A stretch of DNA of 64,000 nucleotides from Candidatus Sumerlaeota bacterium (GTDB taxonomy: Bacteria > Sumerlaeota > Sumerlaeia > Sumerlaeales > Sumerlaeaceae): assembly GCA_017161655.1 (NCBI GenBank), contig JADFCV010000001.1, forward strand, positions 517,786 to 581,785, given 5' to 3'. The translations under genes were made by a program, and so were the position numbers. Below are positions 36,503-46,120 of this stretch, in pieces. Position 1 is the first letter of the stretch, and each line of letters starts with the position of its first letter. Below the pieces are notes generated by a model. It had not been told where the DNA came from. It saw only the letters and a program-made list of their open reading frames with translations, and ran no database searches.

Positions 36503-36771
36503 CAGCAGTTGTCGCTCCCTTCTTGGATGTGCTCGAGAGTGATCTCGTAGGTTTCGATGACTGGGTTTGCTAGAAGCTTTTCGCAAAGTTCCCGGAGTTT
36601 CGTCCGAGCGGTCGTCTCATCGGAGGCTTCAAGGATAACTTCGAAATGTCGTCCCGCTCGGATTCTTTTTGCTTCAGCAAGACCCAGATGAAGAGCTGCC
36701 CCAAGGATTGCCTGCCCCTGTGGATCCATCACATCAGGTTTGAGTTTAACAATGATTTGCGCCCGGAACAT
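36502..36771 (-). CDS. purS: Phosphoribosylformylglycinamidine synthase subunit PurS
   Basis: 89 aa, [22 protein letters not shown]...NPVIETYEI, typical of PurS. It is translationally coupled to purC upstream and purQ downstream. Confidence 0.9.
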   Translation of the reverse strand: MFRAQIIVKLKPDVMDPQGQAILGAALHLGLAEAKRIRAGRHFEVILEASDETTARTKLRELCEKLLANPVIETYEITLEHIQEGSDNC

Positions 36772-37670
36772 TAACGTTTCCTTTCCAGCTTTTCTTGCAG
36801 CGATTGCCCCGTGATCCTGTGGAAAATCTCAAGGTAACGTCGTGAAGTTTCGCGTATGACTTCCTCAGGTAGACGCGGGGCAGGAGGCTGTTTATTCCAG
36901 CCAATGCTCTCAACATAGTCCCGGACGTATTGCTTGTCCAGGCTCACAGCCTCCCCCTTGTTGAGATAAGACTCGGCCTCCCAGAACCGGGAAGAATCGG
37001 GCGTCAAGGCCTCGTCAATCAAAATGATCCCATCATCGGTATAACCAAATTCAAATTTCGTGTCACTGATAAGAATTCCTTTTGGTAAAAGATGGTCGTG
37101 AGCAAACGAGTATAGCTCGATGCTTTTCATGCGGATGAATTCGGCGGTCTCTACTCCTACGGTTTCGACCACTTCTTCAAATGTGATCGGCTGATCATGG
37201 CCGGTTGCTGCCTTAGTCGTTGGAGTAAAGATTGGGGTTGGCAGTTTTTCTCGACGCTTGAGTCCGCCGGGCAAACGTATACCGCACACTGTCTGAGATT
37301 TTTGGTAATCCTGCCAGGCACTTCCCTCCAGGTACCCACGAACAACACATTCCACAGGAATTGGCTGCGCTTTTTTGCAGAGCGAGACGCGTCCCCATAA
37401 GTCTTGCTGATCAAAACAGACTTCCCCGCAGGAACGAGGTAATGCGGTAATGAGGTGATTCGAAACAATGTGTGTGGTTTGCTCAAACCAGTAAGCGCTG
37501 AGCTGGTTAAGAACCTGTCCTTTCCATGGAATTGGGTCGTCGAACACGACATCGAAGGCGCTGAGACGATCAGTAGCAACAAGCACGAGCATGTCGTCGC
37601 ATTCGTAAATATCGCGCACTTTCCCACGGCCGACTTGAGGGAGGGAGAGGTTCGTCCTGAAAAGTGCCAT
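36771..37670 (-). CDS. purC: Phosphoribosylaminoimidazole-succinocarboxamide synthase (long form)
   Basis: 299 aa with GRGKVRDIYECDDMLVLVATDRLSAFD and ILISDTKFEFG. Confidence 0.93.
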   Translation of the reverse strand: MALFRTNLSLPQVGRGKVRDIYECDDMLVLVATDRLSAFDVVFDDPIPWKGQVLNQLSAYWFEQTTHIVSNHLITALPRSCGEVCFDQQDLWGRVSLCKKAQPIPVECVVRGYLEGSAWQDYQKSQTVCGIRLPGGLKRREKLPTPIFTPTTKAATGHDQPITFEEVVETVGVETAEFIRMKSIELYSFAHDHLLPKGILISDTKFEFGYTDDGIILIDEALTPDSSRFWEAESYLNKGEAVSLDKQYVRDYVESIGWNKQPPAPRLPEEVIRETSRRYLEIFHRITGQSLQEKLERKR

Positions 37671-37833
37671 ATCTGTAGCTCCTCAAAAAAGAAATGTTGG
37701 CCTCCGGAGTTCTTCCGTAGGTCAACAGCTATTGCTCATGTCAGCGGGAAAGTGTTGCAACAGAAAACGATGACTGAGTCGGAACTTCAGGTAAAGCCAT
37801 GAACAACCTTGCGCACAAAGCGAAAGCTCGCAC

Positions 37834-38838
37834 TCACCGGGCTCGCTCGGAGACCTCCTGGACCATCGCTTCAAGAGCCAGAAGCTTGGCGCGTGCTTCG
37901 GGTTTTTCAGGGAAGCCGTCAGCGCGAGAAATAATATCATACTCTGCGCGAGCCGCGTTCGCAAAACCTTCGAATTGTCTCATGTCGAAATTCGGGCCAT
38001 CCGGATCGGCTTTGATAAGATACTGCATCGCAAGCTCGTAGTAGAAATCTGCTAGCATCATCCGATGGCGAAAGCGCCTCTTCGATTCCTTATTGTCATC
38101 GATATTTCGTCGAAGCTGCGTAAGGGCGTCGTCGGTTGTGTATGGCTGGATGAATCTCATACTGACGTAAAACTCTGCCAGCAACATCTGGGCACGTTCA
38201 CGCTCAACCATGGCAAGGCACTCATATCTTGTCCCCCTCAAGTCTGCAGCCAACGAGTCAAGGTCGCGAATAACTTTCATCAGGTCGCGCTCGTACGTGC
38301 GAAGTCCGGAAGTATCCAGGCTTTGGCGTGCCACGCGGATAAACTGTCGCATACGGTTGGCGCCTTCATGAGCTGCCGCCGCAACGTTGGGGTCGCTAGA
38401 CTTCCCCGCCTTTTCATAGTTTGCAAGAGCTTCCTCGTAAGCAGTCAGTCTCTCAAATGCTTGTGCTTTTGCAAGGCTAACGACATCCGTCATTTTTCCT
38501 GGATAAAGAGTTTCGTAGTTCGCCAGGCGAACGAGGGCAGCGCGAAAGACATTCTGGCCAGTAAAATCTTGAGCGTAGGGATATCGATAAACATCGTCAG
38601 CAAGATGACGTTGAATATCCGCGACGATAATGAGCAGATTCTCCGTCGGCTTTGCATGGCTAGGCTGTTCCGTTTTGTTCTGTCGCCACGGCACAGCAAC
38701 AGAGGGAAGCGCATGAAGAAAAGCGCACACAATTAGACCAACCACAAGGGAGTAATGCTGCAAAGGACGCGCTCCTGACTTTCTTATGTTGTCGTGTGCA
38801 CGAAAATTGTGCGTTTTATTTTTCAAAGGGAGTGTCAT
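37834..38838 (-). CDS. Membrane-anchored or secreted helical (TPR-like) protein of unknown function
   Basis: 334 aa with an N-terminal anchor YSLVVGLIVCAFLHALPSVAV. The remainder is a highly helical, charged sequence. The 5' end overlaps the 3' end of the upstream IMPase gene by 23 nt. Confidence 0.6.
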   Translation of the reverse strand: MTLPLKNKTHNFRAHDNIRKSGARPLQHYSLVVGLIVCAFLHALPSVAVPWRQNKTEQPSHAKPTENLLIIVADIQRHLADDVYRYPYAQDFTGQNVFRAALVRLANYETLYPGKMTDVVSLAKAQAFERLTAYEEALANYEKAGKSSDPNVAAAAHEGANRMRQFIRVARQSLDTSGLRTYERDLMKVIRDLDSLAADLRGTRYECLAMVERERAQMLLAEFYVSMRFIQPYTTDDALTQLRRNIDDNKESKRRFRHRMMLADFYYELAMQYLIKADPDGPNFDMRQFEGFANAARAEYDIISRADGFPEKPEARAKLLALEAMVQEVSERAR

Positions 38839-39619
38839 GGGCCGCCCTCAGCCACTCAAGGAACTCTTCGTGGACCAAACCGTTTGTGCACACAAGCTCC
38901 TTTCCGTAAGGAGAAAACGCGGAGCCAGAAAAATCCGTGACCTTTCCACCAGCCTCTTCGACAATAAGCCAGCCCGCCGCAGTGTCCCACGGATTGAGGT
39001 TGCGCTGCCAAAAAACCTCCAATCTCCCACAGGCCACAAAGCACATGTCGAGCGCAGCCGCGCCCAACCGAAGAATTCCATGAACTCTCCCCAGGAAATA
39101 AGAGACTTCTTGCAGACACAACTGGAGGATATTTCGGTCTGAATGGGGAAAACCTGTGACCAAAAGACTACGACTCAGGTTTGAAACCGATGAGACGTGC
39201 ATGGAACGCCCGTTGAGGGTGGCTCCACTTCCCTTTTCGGCGAGAAATGTCTCACCGCTAACTGGATTGTACACTCCTCCCACGAGGATTTCACCGTTGT
39301 GTTCGAGAGCAATGGAAACCCCAAAAATTGGCACAGAATGAGCAAAATTCGTCGTTCCATCGAGAGGATCAATAATCCAACGGAACTCCCCTTTCCCACT
39401 GGTTTCCAGTCCCTCCTCCTCACCGAGGATTTCATGATGAGGAAATGCATCACGGATGACAGAACGCACCGCCCGCTCGCTCTCCCGGTCCGCGTCTGTC
39501 ACAAGATCACGCTCTGAAGTCTTTGTCTCAAAATTATCAAGTTTACCATAATACTGGAGCAGTGCTTCGCCACCGGCGGTTAGGGCTTTCTCAAGAATAG
39601 TGGTGTAGTTTTTTATCAT
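38816..39619 (-). CDS. suhB: Inositol monophosphatase family protein (SuhB-like)
   Basis: IMPase motifs EEEG, WIIDPLDGTTNFAH and WDTAAG are present. The ORF extends to 39718. I prefer ATG 39619 (MIKNYTTILEKAL...) by comparison with typical SuhB N-termini, but the start remains uncertain. Confidence 0.85.
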   Translation of the reverse strand: MIKNYTTILEKALTAGGEALLQYYGKLDNFETKTSERDLVTDADRESERAVRSVIRDAFPHHEILGEEEGLETSGKGEFRWIIDPLDGTTNFAHSVPIFGVSIALEHNGEILVGGVYNPVSGETFLAEKGSGATLNGRSMHVSSVSNLSRSLLVTGFPHSDRNILQLCLQEVSYFLGRVHGILRLGAAALDMCFVACGRLEVFWQRNLNPWDTAAGWLIVEEAGGKVTDFSGSAFSPYGKELVCTNGLVHEEFLEWLRAAHDTPFEK

Positions 39620-39756
39620 ATGGGTTATCGTGCGGGCAGGAGCGAAACTTAAAGCAAGCATACTTTTGCCTAAAACATTGCCATCCCCCTTAGGATATAG
39701 GGCTTGAATAGGTACCATTTTGAAACCTAATTACCACATGGAAAGCGAGGTCAACT

Positions 39757-40011
39757 ATGCCGTCTATGGGACTTCAAGAATGGATCATAATTTTTCTGAT
39801 TGTGTTGCTCATTTTTGGCCCTACCAGCCTTCCGAAAGTTGGGCGTGCTTTAGGGAAAGGGATCCGCGAATTTAAAGACGCCATCAATGGGATTGGGTCC
39901 GCGCTTGAGCAAGAAGAAGCCGAAAAGAAAAAGATCAACCAACAAGCAAGTGCTACTTTCGGGGCCCCGGAGAACGACACCAAGAGCCACTACGACAACT
40001 CTCAAAGCTAG
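39757..40011 (+). CDS. tatA: Twin-arginine translocase subunit TatA/E
   Basis: 84 aa. WIIIFLIVLLIFGPTSLPKVGRALGKGIREFKDA is the TM helix plus amphipathic helix signature. Confidence 0.92.
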   Translation: MPSMGLQEWIIIFLIVLLIFGPTSLPKVGRALGKGIREFKDAINGIGSALEQEEAEKKKINQQASATFGAPENDTKSHYDNSQS

Positions 40012-40034
40012 CACATAGGCTGTGGTGACGAGGA

Positions 40035-41012
40035 ATGCACTTGTTCGCTGATCCGGAAGAAACAGCGGAGGAAAAATCAAAGCCCCTCACATTTACGGAG
40101 CACCTGGAAGAATTGCGGCGTCGTATCCTTACGACGCTTCTCTTTTTTGCAGTGTGTCTGATAGCGGGTTTCTTCGTTGCCCCGCAGGTAATCGGAGTTC
40201 TCATTGCTCCACTCACTCATCTGAAAACCCAGGAAGTCGACGAGCCCTCCCTCGTTTTGGATGTTGGGGCCGATGGAAAGATTCGCCTGTCTGCTGAGTC
40301 TCTCGAGCGTGTTTCTTCCTCCACTCTGACCCAGGGGCACCAGTCTATTCACACCATTGTGTTGAGGGCAGGAGACAAAGAACTCGTTTACACTGCTCCG
40401 ACGAGATCGCAAACATCCTTGTTCTTTCTTTCCCCTGTTGAGCCTTTTTCATTACTCGTCAAGGGAGCGCTTTTTGTTGCCGCCTTGCTGTCGATCCCCA
40501 TGGCCGTTTACCAGCTCTGGCTTTTTATATCACCGGGGCTCCTCGCGCGAGAAAGGCGCATTGTGCGGCCGATTCTCATCTCTTCGCTCCTCCTCTTCCC
40601 TCTTGGTGCAGCGTTTGCGTATGCCGTTTCTCACGTTATGCTTAAGGTGTTGCTGGGCTTTGGGTCATTCATTCCAGGCCTACAGCCCAACATCGTCGCC
40701 TCACACTACCTTAGTTTTATCCTTACACTCATGCTGGGGTTCGGTTTGGTATTTGAGTTCCCCCTGTTGCTCATTCTTCTTGCTCGTCTCGGTCTTGTCA
40801 GTTCACGTCTCCTAGCGGAACGCCGAAAATACGCTATTCTCGTAATCGCCATCATTGCAGCAGCAGTAACTCCGACACCCGACGCTTTGAATATGGTCAT
40901 TATGATGGCGCCGCTCATTATCCTTTATGAGCTCTCCATTTGGGCAATTCGTTTGAGTGAGCCCTCTTCTGTCGCACTTTCTGCTCGCTCATCGTCTGAT
41001 GATATTGGTTAA
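40035..41012 (+). CDS. tatC: Twin-arginine translocase subunit TatC (with a ~55-60 aa insertion in the first periplasmic loop)
   Basis: 325 aa with LTFTEHLEELRRRIL, a six-TM pattern and LTPTPD-like AVTPTPDALN. About 70 aa separate APL from SPVEPF, whereas E. coli TatC as I recall it has about a dozen residues there. Confidence 0.9.
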   Translation: MHLFADPEETAEEKSKPLTFTEHLEELRRRILTTLLFFAVCLIAGFFVAPQVIGVLIAPLTHLKTQEVDEPSLVLDVGADGKIRLSAESLERVSSSTLTQGHQSIHTIVLRAGDKELVYTAPTRSQTSLFFLSPVEPFSLLVKGALFVAALLSIPMAVYQLWLFISPGLLARERRIVRPILISSLLLFPLGAAFAYAVSHVMLKVLLGFGSFIPGLQPNIVASHYLSFILTLMLGFGLVFEFPLLLILLARLGLVSSRLLAERRKYAILVIAIIAAAVTPTPDALNMVIMMAPLIILYELSIWAIRLSEPSSVALSARSSSDDIG

Positions 41013-41042
41013 TTCTTTTTTTGACAGCCGCGGAAGCGTTGG

Positions 41043-42002
41043 TTGAAGACAGTCGTTGAAACGATGCAAGAGGGAACTCTCAACCCAAACCAGAGATTGC
41101 TGATCGCAAGTTCGGATCCGCAATTACGTCACATTTTGCGCAACTTCTTTGTACGATTTCTTCAAGTCGAAGTTGCGGAAACAGCACAGCAGGCCATTGT
41201 AGCAGTCGAGGGAAGCGCGCTTGAGTTCGATGCGCTTATCGTAGACATGAACATTGCCCCGTCAGGTATTGAGCTCGTGGCGAGGATTCGCAGGGAATTT
41301 CCTCACCTACCCGTGGCGCTGCTAGTAAACGCAGAATATGAACATCTTTTCAATTTGCTTAACAAATATGATATTTACTGCGTCCTTGTTAGAACTGCTC
41401 CGCTTGATTTCGACGAATTGCAGCTAGCAATTGAAAACTTGCTCGTGCCTGCCAAATCCTTTGGCTTGTCGCGCTATTTGCGACCGCCATGTGAGATTCG
41501 AGAAAGAGTGATTCAGACCTTGGCGGATAAGCAATTGATGATGGAGGAGGCTCTGGAACTGTTCCGCCGCTATCGTCCGCACGATACCGATATCTCACAA
41601 ATTCGGTTGGCATTCGAGGAGCTCATAAACAACGCAATCTATCATGCGTTTCGTCGGGCAAGCGGCGATGAAAAGTATAAGCTCGGTGCATTCGAACGAC
41701 TGGACCGTGACGAGATCATCCGGGTCGAATACGGAGCTAACAGGAGATATGTGGGCTGCAGTGTCATGGACAACCAGGGCACGTTGGATGAGACAACCGT
41801 CATGAAGAAGATTGAGCGCCAAATCACACAAGAAGGGCTACTTGACGAAAGCGGGCGCGGACTTTATCTGACCCGGACTCTTTCAGACAAGATGGTTGTC
41901 AATATCCACCCACACGTTGCGACACAGCTCATTCTTCTGTTCGCGCATCGCGATCGGCCAAAAATCAAACCCTTCTATCTGAACGTTCTTCGCACGTTAT
42001 AA
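41043..42002 (+). CDS. Receiver (REC)-like domain fused to an RsbW/SpoIIAB-type HATPase (putative Ser/Thr-kinase-like anti-sigma factor module)
   Basis: 319 aa. The N-terminal REC pattern reads LLIASSDPQL...DALIVDMNIAPSGIELV...PVALLV. The C-terminal Bergerat fold has N-box EELINNAIYHA, then MDNQGTLD and G2 GRGLYLTRTLS. The start (TTG 41043 or ATG 41064) is uncertain. Confidence 0.6.
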   Translation: MKTVVETMQEGTLNPNQRLLIASSDPQLRHILRNFFVRFLQVEVAETAQQAIVAVEGSALEFDALIVDMNIAPSGIELVARIRREFPHLPVALLVNAEYEHLFNLLNKYDIYCVLVRTAPLDFDELQLAIENLLVPAKSFGLSRYLRPPCEIRERVIQTLADKQLMMEEALELFRRYRPHDTDISQIRLAFEELINNAIYHAFRRASGDEKYKLGAFERLDRDEIIRVEYGANRRYVGCSVMDNQGTLDETTVMKKIERQITQEGLLDESGRGLYLTRTLSDKMVVNIHPHVATQLILLFAHRDRPKIKPFYLNVLRTL

Positions 42003-42015
42003 ATCGCATGCATCT

Positions 42016-42930
42016 TCATCGAGTCGCCGGTGAGGTCCAGGCACTAGGAGAAACCGAGCCAATAACCGGTTCTGCGCCAGGTGCGTACGGCGACGGCTGC
42101 GCGACGGGTCGCGCAACCTGCTCAAGAGAATGAATTTTGTTGCCCTCGACCACGATGGGGCCGCGCCACTGTTTTATCTGGGGCGTCGTTTGCGCGGCAA
42201 CAGGAACGCTTTTCTTCTGGGCTACGTCCGTCTCCGATGCACGAGAGTAACGCACAACAGCTGTTCCCTGAGAGGCTGCCAGGCGATTCGACGTGTAAGA
42301 TTCTTTCGGCAAATTGCCCCCTTTTCCGGGCATAGTGTGCTCCAATTGCACCGACTGAGTCCGGGCTAGGAGCAGCTTGGCTTCGTAGCCGGGATCATTT
42401 TGGCGTTTTTCTACCCAGCCACGAACTTCTCGCAAGTGCTTGGGGTCATTGAGCGACTGTATTAGCTGGGCTGCAGACTCACTGATCAGCCAACTTTTCG
42501 GATAGCGCTTCGCCATGACTTCTCTCGCAGTTCGCAAAGCGAGCTGACGGTTTTCTTCCATAAGCTCCAATGTCGGGCTCGCTTCCATTCTCATAGCATA
42601 GATCTGTGCGATCAAGAAATGATGGACTGCACGACGTTCTGGGTCAGCACCTTGGCAATTCGCTACTTCCTGTGCAACGTTGAGCGCCTCGTCAAACTCC
42701 TCCGCCTGAATAAGCTTCTTGCAAAGCTCCTCGAGAGCCTTTGATCGCGTATCCGGATCACGTGCTGCTTGAACACTTTTCCGACATGTAGCAATAGCCC
42801 GCTGGATCGCCAAGCGATGACCAGGAGCCAGGGACTTGGTTCGGTAGATTGAATCGCCGTACAACGATGAAACGAGGCATGTCGTTAGTAGCCAGGAGAA
42901 AATCAGGGTTCTCACAAGACTCGCATTCAT
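42016..42930 (-). CDS. Secreted helical (TPR-like) protein with a Pro-rich C-terminus, function unknown
   Basis: 304 aa with signal peptide MNASLVRTLIFSWLLTTCLVSSLYG. The start overlaps the stop of the upstream REC-histidine kinase gene by 4 nt. Confidence 0.6.
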   Translation of the reverse strand: MNASLVRTLIFSWLLTTCLVSSLYGDSIYRTKSLAPGHRLAIQRAIATCRKSVQAARDPDTRSKALEELCKKLIQAEEFDEALNVAQEVANCQGADPERRAVHHFLIAQIYAMRMEASPTLELMEENRQLALRTAREVMAKRYPKSWLISESAAQLIQSLNDPKHLREVRGWVEKRQNDPGYEAKLLLARTQSVQLEHTMPGKGGNLPKESYTSNRLAASQGTAVVRYSRASETDVAQKKSVPVAAQTTPQIKQWRGPIVVEGNKIHSLEQVARPVAQPSPYAPGAEPVIGSVSPSAWTSPATR

Positions 42931-44063
42931 TCCTCGTTCTCCGCTGCGTCCAATCTGGCCTGTAATGGAATGTAAATGCGGAACGTTGTCAATTCGTTTG
43001 GAACACTGTCTACTTCAATTTTGCCACCGTGGAGTTCAACTATATAGCGTGTGATATACAAGCCGAGTCCTGTGCCCTCAATGCCCGCGTGAGCATCGCT
43101 GCGGCGATATTTCTCGAAAATTGTGGCCAGCTCTTCTGGAGGAATTCCTGGGCCAGAATTGGAAACGGCGATCAAAACGCTGTTGCCCTCGATGGGCGAC
43201 TCATTGCCCGACATCAAGCGGGTGTGTATAGAAACGCTCCCACCGACTGGCGTGAATTTGTAAGCGTTTCCAACAACATTGCTGATTGCGCGGAAGAGAA
43301 GATTCTCATCTCCCAATACTGACGGCAGGTTTTCCGCAAGGTCGGTTGTAACGCTTAATGATTTCCTTTCAGCGTCTGCCTGAAACACGCATACAAGATC
43401 TTCAACAATAAAATTAACCTGTACTGGCCTGATAAACAAGCGCAGTTTACCCCCCTCAATCTTGCATGACGTTAAAAAGTTATCTATTAAAGAAAGTATT
43501 TTCAGTGCGTTCGAGTGAATTGTTTGGACAAATTCTTTCGCCCTCGGGTTAACATGGCCGGTAGTTTTGTCGAAAATCAGTGAAGCATAGCCGATGATGG
43601 AGGAGAGCGGGATTTTTATATCATGTGTGATCATTGAAATTAGCTCTTCTCGAAATCTTTGAGCTTCAACTGTTGCAAATGCTCGTTCGACAGTCTTGCG
43701 CAGTTGCTCAAATTCGAAAGGCTTGGGGAGGTAATCAAATGCCTTGTGATGTACAGCCTGAATGGCGCTCTCGGTTGAGGCATGGCCAGTGATAATGATA
43801 AAAGCGATGTGTCGATTCTCCCCGACCGAACGCATAACTTCAAATCCATCGATGTCATCCATCCTCAAGTCGGTGATAACGACAGGATAATCGCCTGCGT
43901 TAAGCTTTTGAATTGCCTCTTTGCCACTGAGGGCAGTGTCCACCGTATACCCGCATGCCGCGAGGAGAGTTTGGAGGCTCTCGACCATGCGTTTCTCATC
44001 GTCAACGACTAAGATCCGTCGTTCAACCCGGGGAGACAAAATTATGACGTTTTGATCGCTCAT
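42927..44063 (-). CDS. Hybrid REC-histidine kinase (N-terminal receiver, HisKA, HATPase_c, no sensor domain)
   Basis: 378 aa. REC: ILVVDDEKRM...VVITDLRMDDIDGF...IIITGH. H-box: ISMITHDIKIPLSSIIGYASL. N-box: NVVGNAYKFT. G-boxes: SNSGPGIP and GTGLGLYI. Confidence 0.85.
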   Translation of the reverse strand: MSDQNVIILSPRVERRILVVDDEKRMVESLQTLLAACGYTVDTALSGKEAIQKLNAGDYPVVITDLRMDDIDGFEVMRSVGENRHIAFIIITGHASTESAIQAVHHKAFDYLPKPFEFEQLRKTVERAFATVEAQRFREELISMITHDIKIPLSSIIGYASLIFDKTTGHVNPRAKEFVQTIHSNALKILSLIDNFLTSCKIEGGKLRLFIRPVQVNFIVEDLVCVFQADAERKSLSVTTDLAENLPSVLGDENLLFRAISNVVGNAYKFTPVGGSVSIHTRLMSGNESPIEGNSVLIAVSNSGPGIPPEELATIFEKYRRSDAHAGIEGTGLGLYITRYIVELHGGKIEVDSVPNELTTFRIYIPLQARLDAAENEE

Positions 44064-44178
44064 TCTTCGATTTGGTAGTCATATGCGTGAGCTTGCTTAA
44101 GCACAGCTACACGACTGAAAAACCAATTGCCGGACGGACATATTCTGCACCACGAATGACGGGACGGAGGCAAGGAAA

Positions 44179-44721
44179 ATGACGGAACAGCTTTCCCACC
44201 TCTCCGAAAAAGGAGCTGCAAGAATGGTGGACGTGAGCGGCAAAAAAACATCCATGCGCGAAGCAGTAGCGGAAGGACTGCTCCTTCCCACCGACAAAGT
44301 GTGGGAGGCCATTTGCAAAAGGAATTTGCCAAAGGGGGAACTCTGGAATACGGCTCGTGTCGCTGGCATTCTTGCTGCGAAGCGGACGGACGAGCTCATC
44401 CCCATGTGTCATTCGCTTCAGCTTAGCTCAGTTCATATCGAATTTGGTCTGGATAATGTTCAGAAACGGGTTGTCGTGAAAAGTGCCGTGGCAGCATTTG
44501 CGGCAACAGGTGTGGAAATGGAAGCTTTGACAGCGACAAGCGTGGCTCTTCTCACACTCTACGACATGCTGAAAGCTCTCGATAAAGGCATACAAATTGG
44601 GCCAATTCGTTTGGTAAAGAAGTCCGGCGGGAAATCGGGGCCCTGGTTGATAAAAGAGGATTGTTGGTTCGATGGGAGCCGACCAGTTGAAGAAGCTGCC
44701 CCGCGCCCCAACGGACAGTAA
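44179..44721 (+). CDS. moaC: Cyclic pyranopterin monophosphate synthase MoaC
   Basis: 180 aa with LSHLSEKGAARMVDVSGKKTSMREAVA, ELIPMCHSLQLSSV and TGVEMEALTA. A short C-terminal extension is present. Confidence 0.9.
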   Translation: MTEQLSHLSEKGAARMVDVSGKKTSMREAVAEGLLLPTDKVWEAICKRNLPKGELWNTARVAGILAAKRTDELIPMCHSLQLSSVHIEFGLDNVQKRVVVKSAVAAFAATGVEMEALTATSVALLTLYDMLKALDKGIQIGPIRLVKKSGGKSGPWLIKEDCWFDGSRPVEEAAPRPNGQ

Positions 44722-44793
44722 TTTGGGGTATCTGCAGCGTCCTCTCTAGCGGCATAAAAAAGCTGCCAATTGGAACGGTCTATTTTTAGCTCT

Positions 44794-44809
44794 TGTTATC
44801 ACAATAACA
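44794..44809. promoter_or_regulatory. Perfect 6-4-6 inverted repeat TGTTAT-CACA-ATAACA upstream of gap (candidate operator)
   Basis: I read this directly from the sequence. It lies 137 nt upstream of the gap ATG, inside a 224-nt AT-richer intergenic region. No binding factor is known to me. Confidence 0.3.
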
Positions 44810-44930
44810 CAAAAAGTCTTTCATGCTTTTCGCGTTTTTTCTGAAGCTTTTGCGTTGTTAGGCGTATGCCTTTCGGAGAACCAAGGTGTTGCAGCACTGG
44901 CTAACGTAGGCTGAGCACAACATTTGTTAG

Positions 44931-45959
<1,029 letters not shown>

Positions 45960-46012
45960 ATTCGAACCACCGTGAAACAGGGCACACAAAGACATTGCCA
46001 CGGAAAAATGGA

Positions 46013-46046
46013 GGCGGGGAAGTTTTTCCCCGCCTTTTATTCTTTT
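46013..46046 (+). terminator. Rho-independent terminator after gap
   Basis: GGCGGGGA (46013-46020) pairs with TCCCCGCC (46027-46034) across the loop AGTTTT. The stem is followed by TTTTATTCTTTT. Confidence 0.8.
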
Positions 46047-46120
46047 CCTCTATGTGTGATCAACAGACGAGAACTGCGTCGTAAGTTTTGAAGTTTTGAC
46101 TAAGGAAAGGATGTCGTTCG

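Noticed and set aside
36503-36586. An N-terminal extension of purQ. Similar ORF-track extensions exist for sppA (24866-24958), ilvN (13560-13604) and fabI (7171-7221).
   Set aside because: The conserved family N-termini start at internal ATGs. The extensions overlap the upstream genes (purS, argS) or have no family similarity.
37671-37833. A possible purine or ZTP riboswitch upstream of purC. Similarly, FMN upstream of ribH (53825-53928), Moco upstream of moaC (44064-44178) and a SAM riboswitch upstream of mtnA.
   Set aside because: I could not find the conserved core sequences of these riboswitch classes on the relevant strand. The ribH and moaC leaders are also too short. An Infernal/Rfam scan would settle the question.
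38065-38736. A 223-aa ORF on the plus strand, antisense to the 37834-38838 gene.
   Set aside because: Its composition is Cys/Ser/Arg/Leu-rich, as expected for an antisense frame. It has no RBS or recognisable motif. The minus-strand product has a normal signal anchor and a helical, protein-like composition.
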